Shown: positions 1 to 8,242 of the stretch, in pieces
How the letters are laid out: every line of letters begins with the position of its first letter
Numbering within the stretch: the stretch's first letter is position 1
Source of the DNA: Flavobacteriales bacterium
GTDB lineage: Bacteria > Bacteroidota > Bacteroidia > Flavobacteriales_D > Sanyastnellaceae
NCBI GenBank assembly: GCA_049416245.1
Contig: JBMSHA010000001.1
Span: 1 to 38,414 of the forward strand
Reading direction: 5' to 3'
DNA: 38,414 nucleotides
Made by a program: the position numbers and the translations under genes
Notes under the pieces: model-generated
What the model was told of the DNA's origin: nothing
The model's input: only the letters and a program-made list of their open reading frames with translations
Databases searched by the model: none

Positions 1-971
1 CTGCAGCTGTATTCCAAATTCCGTTCACGGGGTTGAATAATCTGCCACTCACCAGCGGGCGTATTGGCATCGAGGTAGAGCCATTCGGTGCTCACCGTGG
101 AGTAACTTCCAATCATGAGGTAGGCCTCGCTCTTGGTCTTACCAACGCCGCAGCTGAAGGTTTCATCGGCTTCCTCATACACCAGTTCATCTTGCGATGC
201 ATCCGTACCCAACACGTGCTTGTAAATGCGATGCGAGCGGAGCGTGACGGGATCTTTCTTTGTGTAGAAAACCGTGCGGTTGTCGTTGGCCCATGTGGCT
301 CCACCTGTCGTGTTGGGAATGCGGTCTGCAAGAATTTCACCGGTTGTCAAATCCTTGAATTGCAACGTGTATTCGCGGCGGCTGACGGTGTCGATACTAA
401 AGGCGAGCAGGTTGTTGTTTGTGCTCACCGAACGGCCGCCTACAGCGTAATAGCTATATCCTTCTGCCATTTCATTGACGTTGAGCATGACTTGCTCCTC
501 GGCATCCATGCTGCCTTCTTTGCGGCAGTGGATGGGGTATTCCTGCCCCTCTTCATATCGGGTGTAGTACCAATATCCGTTGTCTTTTAACGGTACGCTT
601 TGGTCGTCTTGTTTGATCCGGCCTTTGATTTCTTCGAAAAGCGATTCTTGAAAAGCTTCAGTAGACTGAAGAACCTCCGATTTGTACGCGTTTTCCGCGT
701 TCAAGTAATCGACAACTGCGGTCGTTTGCGCGTCTGATTCCGCGGCTTCTTTTTGCTCATCACTGAGACGCATCCAGAAATAGTCATCTTTCAATTCCAA
801 TCCATGGATCTCGGTGATGTGCTCTTGTTTCTCCGCAACAGGAGGCGCGGAGAATTGGGCTTCATGGAAGTCAGGTCGGTCAGAAGAAGTCATGTTGGAT
901 TCGGGGCTTGTGCAAGAAAACAGGCCGACTGCCAAGCAGCCAGCGAAAAACGAAGGGCGAATGTTGTACAT
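1..971 (-). CDS. ptrB: Oligopeptidase B / protease II (S9A prolyl-oligopeptidase family), N-terminal beta-propeller part; the gene runs off the left edge of the window
   Basis: Absent from the supplied ORF track because it has no stop inside the window. My own minus-strand translation from the ATG at 971-969 reads MYNIRPSFFAGCLAVGLFSCTSPE...HGLELKDDYFWMRL...VVDYLNAENAYKSEVL...DNGYWYYTRYEEGQEYPIHCRK...FSIDTVSRREYTLQFKDLTTGEIL...ATWANDNRTVFYTKKDPVTLRSHRIYKHVLGTDASQDELVYEEADETF. This is colinear with the N-terminal half of E. coli PtrB-type enzymes. The N-terminus looks like a lipoprotein signal (LFS-C). An in-frame TAA lies upstream at 1001-999. Confidence 0.85.
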   Translation of the reverse strand, partial: MYNIRPSFFAGCLAVGLFSCTSPESNMTSSDRPDFHEAQFSAPPVAEKQEHITEIHGLELKDDYFWMRLSDEQKEAAESDAQTTAVVDYLNAENAYKSEVLQSTEAFQESLFEEIKGRIKQDDQSVPLKDNGYWYYTRYEEGQEYPIHCRKEGSMDAEEQVMLNVNEMAEGYSYYAVGGRSVSTNNNLLAFSIDTVSRREYTLQFKDLTTGEILADRIPNTTGGATWANDNRTVFYTKKDPVTLRSHRIYKHVLGTDASQDELVYEEADETFSCGVGKTKSEAYLMIGSYSTVSTEWLYLDANTPAGEWQIIQPRERNLEYSC

Positions 972-998
972 GATGTGCGTTGGTTTCGGTGCGCTAAG

Positions 999-1754
999 TT
1001 AGTGGATTTCACCGGTTTCGAGATGCTTTTCGAGACGACTCAAATCTGCAGGGGTATCGATGGCGTATGTAGGGTGTGATGTTCTGCCGACCATAATTTT
1101 CCATCCGTGTTCCAACCACCGCAATTGCTCGAGTTGCTCGCGCTTTTCGAGTTCCGTAGCATGCAGGTGAGTCAACGCTTCCAATGCGCCTCGTGAGAAA
1201 GCATACAGGCCCACATGCTCGAGCCATACGCCGTCTGAACTGGGAACGGCTGAACGGCTGAAGTACAGGGCTTGACCGCTGAGGTCGCATACCACTTTGA
1301 CCCGATTCGGGTTCATGCGTTCATCGTCATTGGCAGCCTTTGGTCGGGCCAATGTGGCGATGGAGACTCCGGGTTTACGAATCAACTGGGCGAGTTTCAG
1401 CAGTTGTTCAGGATGAACGAAAGGTTCGTCGCCTTGGATGTTCACGACCCAATCGGCTTCACGTCCGGCTTCACGTTCCCACTCGAGCAATGCCGCGTGG
1501 CTGCGGAGCGTTCCGTTTGGGATATCGGGTGATGTCATGGCCACTTCAGCCCCGGCTTCTTTTGCTGCTTGTGCGATGCGTTCATCATCCGTTGCGACGA
1601 GAACGTGGTCGAAAATCTTGGACGATAGTACGCGCTGCACGACCCGGGCAATCATGGGGATTCCTCCGATTGGTGCAAGGGGTTTTCCGGGAAATCTTGT
1701 GGAGCCGTAGCGGGCGGGGATGATGCCGATAAGGGCAGGTTTGGATGCGGCCAT
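999..1754 (-). CDS. kdsB: 3-deoxy-manno-octulosonate cytidylyltransferase (CMP-Kdo synthetase)
   Basis: Motifs IIPARYGSTRFPGKPL, VATDDERI and NIQGDEPF. The track ORF 999..1880 extends into the upstream gene. The ATG at 1754-1752 (MAASKPALIGIIPARY) gives 251 aa and overlaps the upstream stop as TGATG. Confidence 0.9.
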   Translation of the reverse strand: MAASKPALIGIIPARYGSTRFPGKPLAPIGGIPMIARVVQRVLSSKIFDHVLVATDDERIAQAAKEAGAEVAMTSPDIPNGTLRSHAALLEWEREAGREADWVVNIQGDEPFVHPEQLLKLAQLIRKPGVSIATLARPKAANDDERMNPNRVKVVCDLSGQALYFSRSAVPSSDGVWLEHVGLYAFSRGALEALTHLHATELEKREQLEQLRWLEHGWKIMVGRTSHPTYAIDTPADLSRLEKHLETGEIH

Positions 1755-4228
1755 CAATTGATTTGGTACGTGTACATCAGCGAAGTTAAGCGCGGAGATT
1801 CCATGGCCATCGGCCGAATCGCATATTCGGCGTTCGTTATGTTGTTGATGAGCACGGATAATTTGTGACCATTGGGCCATTCACGACCAAAACGGGCATC
1901 GATGATCCAGGGCAAATCGGGGTTTTCATCCAACCACTGCTGAACGCCCCATTGTACGAAGCCTTGTTCTTCGAATTCAATGAAGGCTTGGTCGAAATTG
2001 TGGAGGGCCGTTTGGTAACGAGCGCTCAAGCCGCCAAACCATTTTTGGCCGGAAAGCTGAACGTCGAATCGAAAGACATGCGGCGACCGGTATTTGAGGA
2101 TGTGCCCGGTGGTGTCATGGCTGGTGCTGAGGTAGGTGGTTGCGAGACCGTCCTCTTGCGGATTGTAATTGTAGTCTGGGGTGGTGCTGATCGGATTGGT
2201 ATAGGTGTAACCGGTGATGATGTCCGCTTGGAATTTTCGGGTGGTCCATCGTCCGGTCAAGGAGATTTCACTGCCCGTCACGCGACTTCCGCCGGTATTC
2301 ACACTCATGAATCCCAGTCCGAATACGTTGGCGATGGAGGGGATTTCACCTTCATCAGGTCCCCATTGGCCAAACGTGAATTCAATGAAGTCTTCGTAAT
2401 CCTGCCGGAAAAAAGCGAGGTCGAGGAATCCCGCAAAATCGCCAGCGCTGGTGCCTTTGAATTGGAAGCCTTGCTTGATGGCGATCTCCGCTGAAGTGGA
2501 GAATTCTGGTCGGAGCTCTTCATTGGAATAGATCTGGAGTGCTCCTAATCCGGTGCGGATGTAGCGTTCTGCAATGGTCGGAAACCGGAATCCTTGGCCA
2601 AAACTGCTGCGCAAGAAGGTCGCTTCGGCGAGTTGGAAATTGCCACCCAACCGGAAAACCGGTTTACCAGCCCCTGTCCCGTTCACGGCAAAATACTCGT
2701 ATCGTGCGCCGCCTGCCAATTTGATGCGCTCACCGATCGACTGATCAATTTGCAGATACGCCGCTTGGTTGCGGGCGCTGTTGTTCCCATCGGATGATCC
2801 ACCGGAATACAATTCGGCGCGGCTCAACGCAATCATGTTGACGGCGCCGGCGGTGAGGTTGAGGCCTTCGATGCCCCAGCGCTCGCCGTTCATGTGCAAT
2901 TGGTACTCGGAGTAGCCGACATGCGAGCCATTCGATTGGTCGTTGTCGTTGTCGTTATTGAGGTACTGCCAGCGGTTGCGGAGGCTGTGCCGCACGCCAC
3001 CGGGAGTGAGGTATTGTATGTAGGGGTCGACCGTGCCGATGAGCTGGTTTGTGCGGGTCGCGGCTCCTTGGAAGGCTCCATAAATGGAGTCGGGCGCGTT
3101 TTGCCAAATCAGGGTGTTCAACGATTCGCCGAGCTGCCAATTGGTGTTCAACCCGTAGACCAAACCTTCGACGCGTGTTTCCCGCTTTCGCAAATTGGCG
3201 TTCAGCCGTGCTCGGTATTCGGCGCCGTAACGATCGACCGTGCGGTCCAGTAAATCCACGCCCACGAGCGACGGCGTGAAATGGTAATCACGGGCTTTCG
3301 GCATTGCGCCTTCTTCGGGTGCGAGGTAACCATCATCGCGCAGGATATTTCCACCTATGACTACGTCCCATTTGCCCAGTTGCTGGCTATGCAGAAAACG
3401 CAAATTCGATTGTTGGGGACGCGTCGACCAGGTTTTGGCTTGCAACGAACGTGGATCGGAATACACCCCAATTTGCCGGGTGATGCGTGTCAACGGTCGC
3501 GCGTCCGGAAATCGCGTCCGCACATTGATCACACCACTCAAGGCCGCGCTACCATACAGCACGCTGGATGCGCCTTTGATGATTTCAATTTGCTCGAGGT
3601 TTTCGAGTGGCAAAAACCCCCAAGTGGGCCTTCCGGCGTCACCGCTGAGCACGGGCAAATCATCCACCAGGATCATGACCCGTGACCCGGCTCCGTAGCT
3701 GAACCCGCTCCCGCTTCGGATTTGGGGTTCACCATTGACGAAAGTCACCCCGGGATTCATTTCGAGCGCGGTTTCCAAGGTGGTTGTCCCGCGACTCTCC
3801 ACAATCCGCGGCGGCAAGACGTCGATAGAGACCGTCACTTCTTTCGCCGATTGTTCAAATCGGCCGGCACTCACCACGACCACGTCCAAAGCTTCCGACG
3901 TGGGCATGAGGGACCAATTCAATGAGTAAGCTTTGCCCGGCACCAAGGCATCCACATCTTTCACCTCTTTCTGCATTCCGATGTAACTGCAGGTCAAGCT
4001 CACCCCTTTCCCGGCCCAGCTGCTCAAGTCCAGTATGTAGGTTCCATCCGGCGAACTGACGGCACCTTCCACGGATCCATTGGTCAATCGAGCCGTAATG
4101 AAAGCACCCGGTAAAGCGAGGCCTTGGTCATCTTGTACAATTCCGGTAAAGGTCTGAGCCTCTGCCATGGAAACGAGGAGGGCGAATCCCATCGCCCAAA
4201 CCATCGCGAAGCGGTTTCGACTGCGCAT
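1754..4228 (-). CDS. TonB-dependent outer-membrane receptor with N-terminal CarboxypepD_reg-like domain and plug domain
   Basis: Signal peptide MRSRNRFAMVWAMGFALLVSMAEAQ from the ATG at 4228; the ORF stays open to 4291, an alternative start. It has a CarboxypepD_reg-like TGIVQDDQGLALPGAFI...SPDGTYIL, plug motifs (IEIIKGASSVLYGSAALSGVINVRT) and a long beta-barrel. No SusD-like partner gene is present. Confidence 0.85.
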   Translation of the reverse strand: MRSRNRFAMVWAMGFALLVSMAEAQTFTGIVQDDQGLALPGAFITARLTNGSVEGAVSSPDGTYILDLSSWAGKGVSLTCSYIGMQKEVKDVDALVPGKAYSLNWSLMPTSEALDVVVVSAGRFEQSAKEVTVSIDVLPPRIVESRGTTTLETALEMNPGVTFVNGEPQIRSGSGFSYGAGSRVMILVDDLPVLSGDAGRPTWGFLPLENLEQIEIIKGASSVLYGSAALSGVINVRTRFPDARPLTRITRQIGVYSDPRSLQAKTWSTRPQQSNLRFLHSQQLGKWDVVIGGNILRDDGYLAPEEGAMPKARDYHFTPSLVGVDLLDRTVDRYGAEYRARLNANLRKRETRVEGLVYGLNTNWQLGESLNTLIWQNAPDSIYGAFQGAATRTNQLIGTVDPYIQYLTPGGVRHSLRNRWQYLNNDNDNDQSNGSHVGYSEYQLHMNGERWGIEGLNLTAGAVNMIALSRAELYSGGSSDGNNSARNQAAYLQIDQSIGERIKLAGGARYEYFAVNGTGAGKPVFRLGGNFQLAEATFLRSSFGQGFRFPTIAERYIRTGLGALQIYSNEELRPEFSTSAEIAIKQGFQFKGTSAGDFAGFLDLAFFRQDYEDFIEFTFGQWGPDEGEIPSIANVFGLGFMSVNTGGSRVTGSEISLTGRWTTRKFQADIITGYTYTNPISTTPDYNYNPQEDGLATTYLSTSHDTTGHILKYRSPHVFRFDVQLSGQKWFGGLSARYQTALHNFDQAFIEFEEQGFVQWGVQQWLDENPDLPWIIDARFGREWPNGHKLSVLINNITNAEYAIRPMAMESPRLTSLMYTYQIN

Positions 4229-4322
4229 GCGTGCAAGATGCAACATTTGCGCGAATGTCAACCCATGGGCACGGAAAGTAAATTGGGCCACGGTTCCGCG
4301 TTGAAAGATTTGAAATTGCGGT

Positions 4323-5393
4323 GTGAAGCGGGTGAAGATGTGGTGGGTTTTACACGGGATGCCGGGATTGGGCCCTGTGGGATTGCGGCGTTGGGTCGCC
4401 GATTCAGGTTCGCTGGATGCGGCTTATGAACGCGCTCTGCGGCATTTTCACCAGGGCAAATCCATCGCCGATTCAAGGTTGGCGGCCATGCGGCGTACCC
4501 TGGATGTTCCGGGCATGTGGGCCATGTCATGGGAATCCACCAACTACCCTGCAACATGGCGTGAAATGAACGACGCACCTCCTGTGGTTTTTGGGCGTGG
4601 GGAGCAATTTTTAAAAACGAGGCATTCCCCCCACATTGCCGTGGTGGGCACGCGCCGGTGCACATCCCACGCGATAGCCGTGTCGTTTGAATTGGGCAAA
4701 ATCATTGCCAGCAGCGGAGGTGTGGTCGTGAGCGGATTGGCTCAAGGGGTGGATGAGGCGGCGCATCGTGGGGCGTGTTATGCGGGCTTCCGAACCGTTG
4801 GTATCCTCGGCGGTCCGCCTTTTCCTGTGCGGCCCAATTCCAGCCGGGCTGTTGCGGAGGAGATGATGTGCAAATCCGGGGCGGTCTTGTCAGAACACGC
4901 GGTTGGAAGTGAGGTATTGCCCTGGCATTTCGCCTCAAGAAACCGGCTGGTGGTCTCGCTTTCTGAGGCTTTGGTGTTGGTGCAAAGCCCTGCTCGTGGG
5001 GGTGGGCTCATTTCCGCATCGCTTGCCATTGATTCTGGAGTCGACTGCTGGGTCTATCGCCCGCCTGCGCACCTGCAGAATAGCAGGTGGTTCGGGAACT
5101 TGGATTTGTTGGAACAATTTCCAGAGATGGGTTGGACAGAAGTGGACGAATTGGTTAAGCGCTTGATGGGACCGACTGTCAGTCGTGCGCCATTCTCTTC
5201 AGAGCACGCCATACCGGAGTCATTCCGGCGAATTTGGCACGAGCTGCATGTTCTAGGAGGGGGTCAAATCAACGTCGTTGCCCGGGCGCTGCGGCTCCCT
5301 GAGGATTCGTTGCGCAGTCAGTTGTATTGCATGGAAATGCAGGGATGGGTGAAACGCATTCCAGGTGGTTGGTATGTGCCGTTGCGGGTTTAA
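4323..5393 (+). CDS. dprA: DNA-processing protein DprA (Smf family)
   Basis: VVGTRRCTSHAIAVSFELGKIIASSGGVVVSGLAQGVDEAAHRGA...FASRNRLVVSLSEALVLVQSPARGGGLISASLAIDSGVDCWVY is the typical DprA Rossmann core. GTG start at 4323; alternative ATG at 4338 (MWWVLHGMPGLGP). Confidence 0.85.
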   Translation: MKRVKMWWVLHGMPGLGPVGLRRWVADSGSLDAAYERALRHFHQGKSIADSRLAAMRRTLDVPGMWAMSWESTNYPATWREMNDAPPVVFGRGEQFLKTRHSPHIAVVGTRRCTSHAIAVSFELGKIIASSGGVVVSGLAQGVDEAAHRGACYAGFRTVGILGGPPFPVRPNSSRAVAEEMMCKSGAVLSEHAVGSEVLPWHFASRNRLVVSLSEALVLVQSPARGGGLISASLAIDSGVDCWVYRPPAHLQNSRWFGNLDLLEQFPEMGWTEVDELVKRLMGPTVSRAPFSSEHAIPESFRRIWHELHVLGGGQINVVARALRLPEDSLRSQLYCMEMQGWVKRIPGGWYVPLRV

Positions 5394-6757
5394 GGTGCCT
5401 CGTCGGCTGGCGGCTCGGATTGTTCGGGTCTTGAACCTTTGGTTCCGTCATCAACCGCTAAGGGGTCTGCTTCAGCATCGTGATGATGCACCATATCCGG
5501 CACAAGCGTCAAGCCGCGCAGGGTAATGCCGTTTTGAACCAACGCAATGGTCATGATGATGCTGGTGACCAATATGATGACGAGCAAGATGCCTTGGTCG
5601 AATTGAGGTTGGGCGAATTCCGAATAGGCTCCCTGAATTTGGAAGAACAACAGGATGGTGATCAACCCGCGTGGTGCGATGTACAACAATGGAAACATGC
5701 GCTTGCGTTGGAATAACATCAGGCTGAGGAAGCGAACGCCAAACAAGATGCAGCAGATGATCAGTCCTTCTGTGATGACATGCAAATCGGTGAGGGTAAG
5801 CAACGATACGGTCATGCCAAATAGCACAAAGAAGAACGTTCGGATAACAAATGCTGTTTCCAGAGTCAACAGGTGATAGTCCCGATGCAATTCGTGCATG
5901 CGGTGGTCATCCAAGAGTTTTGCAGGAGAGGGGATGCGCAAAAATCGCTTACGGGTCCCTTCCCAATTCGGAAAAAACAACCGATGATTGTTGAGCATGA
6001 GCCCAAAAATCAAAATCAACACCAGCGGACTCAAGTGGAGAAGCTTTTGGATGGAGTAGATCAACAGGAGCACCGCGATGCTCAAGAATAGTTTCACGGA
6101 GCTCGTGATTTTTTGAAGGATGTATACCAAAACGTAACTCACCACGACAGCCAGAATGAACGTCACCAGGAGGTTCGTTCCGATGCTGAGGATGATGGAA
6201 TTGGTGGATTCCGCTTCCGAATTTCCGAGCAATAGGTAAAAGGCCATGATGCCGAAAATGTCGGAGAACGTGCTCTCGTAGACCATGAATTCCCGATCCC
6301 CGTCTTCGATTCCTGCCACACTCGGTATGATGATGGCGCTGCTCATGATCGACAAGGGAATGGCATACACCCAACCTTCGAATAGGGGTATGTCCATCGA
6401 AGCCCCAAGAAAGGCGGCAATTGCAGCAGAACTCCCCAAAAGAGCCAACAATGCCATCGTCGCACTTTTCAAGATGAGCGGCATTTTTTCACGGGTCAAG
6501 TCCAGTTCCAGCGCGGCTTCGAGCACGATGAAAATCAAACCAACCGTACCCAATAATTCAAGCACCAAGGACTCGAATGGAATGGATTCCAACCCCATCG
6601 CATTGAGGCCTTCACGGATGGCAATGCCCATGGCGATGAGGACCAACACGCTCGGGATGTTCGTCCGCTTGGCCATCAGGTTCGCGAAATAACTCAGAAT
6701 GATGACCAGCGAGCCGCCAATTACCAGGCCATATGCATTGATGTCCGAAACGGTCAT
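5390..6757 (-). CDS. Cation:proton antiporter (Na+/H+ exchanger family, CPA-type)
   Basis: 455 aa, about 11-12 hydrophobic helices with an Na_H_exchanger-like N-terminus (GSLVIILSYFANLMAKRTNIPSVLVLIAMGIAI) and an acidic cytoplasmic tail. Its stop overlaps the dprA stop by 4 nt (convergent). Confidence 0.75.
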   Translation of the reverse strand: MTVSDINAYGLVIGGSLVIILSYFANLMAKRTNIPSVLVLIAMGIAIREGLNAMGLESIPFESLVLELLGTVGLIFIVLEAALELDLTREKMPLILKSATMALLALLGSSAAIAAFLGASMDIPLFEGWVYAIPLSIMSSAIIIPSVAGIEDGDREFMVYESTFSDIFGIMAFYLLLGNSEAESTNSIILSIGTNLLVTFILAVVVSYVLVYILQKITSSVKLFLSIAVLLLIYSIQKLLHLSPLVLILIFGLMLNNHRLFFPNWEGTRKRFLRIPSPAKLLDDHRMHELHRDYHLLTLETAFVIRTFFFVLFGMTVSLLTLTDLHVITEGLIICCILFGVRFLSLMLFQRKRMFPLLYIAPRGLITILLFFQIQGAYSEFAQPQFDQGILLVIILVTSIIMTIALVQNGITLRGLTLVPDMVHHHDAEADPLAVDDGTKGSRPEQSEPPADEAP

Positions 6758-6776
6758 GCGGTCAAGGTACGCAGGA

Positions 6777-8114
6777 TCAGCCGAATTGGCCTGTGATCAC
6801 CCGCCATATGTCGTTCCCCAAAGCCAAGGCCATGAGGCCGAGCAACAAAACAATGCCCACCGTTTGCGCACGTTCCAAGAATTTCTCAGGTGCGGGTCGC
6901 CCTACTATCATCTCGTACAACAGGAACATCACGTGTCCACCGTCAAGCGCTGGAATGGGCAGCAAATTCATGAAGGCCAAAATCAACGAAAAGAAAGCGG
7001 TATTCCGCCAAAAAATTTCCCAATCCCAACCCGCGTCAAATATGCTTCCAAACGTCACCAAGCTCCCTACCTGACTTGCTCCCGACTTGCTGAACAGGAA
7101 ACGCATGGACAGGACGTATTCTTCCAGGGTATTCCAAGCGAGTGAAAAGCCGTTGGTCAATGCCGTACCAAAACCATACGTCCGCTCTTCGAGTTCGAAT
7201 TCCGGCATGGTCAAGGGGTCTTTTTGCAAAAATCCTAACGCTCCTGTGCTGTCTGTCGTGCAATTCAGCAGCACCTGTTCGCCGTCTGCACGAACGATGG
7301 TGAGCTCCATGGAAGTGGCCGGCCGTGCACGCAAATAATCCAGAACATCGCCGTGAAAGCTGATGGCTTCGCCATTGATTCCGACGATGCGGTCTCCTTC
7401 CTGCATCCCGCCGAGTTCAGCGCCTGAACCAGGTGCCACGAAGTCAACCACCGATGGCACGCGCAGCCCGAAGGGCCTGCGAATGGCACTGTCAACGAAA
7501 AACTGCCCCAAATCGCTTTCAATGGCCAGCAGGACACGTTCTCCATTGCGCTCCAATTCCACCGAACTCACCGCATCGAAGAAAAGTGTGCGCCGGATTT
7601 CGGTGAATGATTCCGGTACTTCACCGTTGATGGTCAATATGCGGTCACCGTCCTCAAATCCTAAGGGTTTGAGACGCTCGTCAACCTCCACTCCGAAGGG
7701 GATTTTATCGGCAGGCAGCACCGTCTCTCCCCAAACCAATAACACCATGCTGTAAATCGCGAACCCAAGGATGAGGTTGACGATGATGCCACCGAGCATG
7801 ATGATGAGCCGCTGCCAAGCGGGTTTTGCGCGAAACTCCCACGGTTGAACAGGCTGTTTCATCTGTTCGGTATCCATGGATTCGTCAATCATTCCAGCTA
7901 TTTTGACATAACCACCCAGCGGCAACCAACCGATTCCCCATTCGGTCTCACCGATTTGCTTTTTGAACAGCGAGAAGCCCGGATTCATGAACAGGTAGAA
8001 CTTTTCTACGCGGGTTTTGAACGCTCGCGCAGCCCAATAGTGTCCGAATTCGTGCAGAACCACGAGGATGGACAAACTAAGGAGGAGTTGTGCAGCTTTG
8101 ATGAGGGCAACCAT
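6777..8114 (-). CDS. rseP: RIP zinc metalloprotease RseP (site-2 protease, M50) with PDZ domains
   Basis: HEFGHYWAARAF HExxH motif in the first TM helix, two PDZ-like segments (GMQEGDRIVGINGE, FEDGDRILTINGE), and a C-terminal NLLPIPALDGGH motif. Confidence 0.9.
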   Translation of the reverse strand: MVALIKAAQLLLSLSILVVLHEFGHYWAARAFKTRVEKFYLFMNPGFSLFKKQIGETEWGIGWLPLGGYVKIAGMIDESMDTEQMKQPVQPWEFRAKPAWQRLIIMLGGIIVNLILGFAIYSMVLLVWGETVLPADKIPFGVEVDERLKPLGFEDGDRILTINGEVPESFTEIRRTLFFDAVSSVELERNGERVLLAIESDLGQFFVDSAIRRPFGLRVPSVVDFVAPGSGAELGGMQEGDRIVGINGEAISFHGDVLDYLRARPATSMELTIVRADGEQVLLNCTTDSTGALGFLQKDPLTMPEFELEERTYGFGTALTNGFSLAWNTLEEYVLSMRFLFSKSGASQVGSLVTFGSIFDAGWDWEIFWRNTAFFSLILAFMNLLPIPALDGGHVMFLLYEMIVGRPAPEKFLERAQTVGIVLLLGLMALALGNDIWRVITGQFG

Positions 8115-8242
8115 GGTGAATTCTTAGAGCGGTAAAGTTAGGATGCAATGGGCAGCGGGCAGAAGAGCTGGATGTGAATAATCCTCAATCTGTGCAATTA
8201 TTGCCGGGCGGTCGCGTTTCGTGTCTTATTCTTGTAATCGGA

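Noticed and set aside
33-590. 185-aa plus-strand ORF at the left edge, the only sizeable ORF the track offers for 1-970
   Set aside because: It is antisense to an open minus-strand frame that translates into a clear oligopeptidase B N-terminus (feature 1..971). The track missed that gene only because it has no stop within the window.
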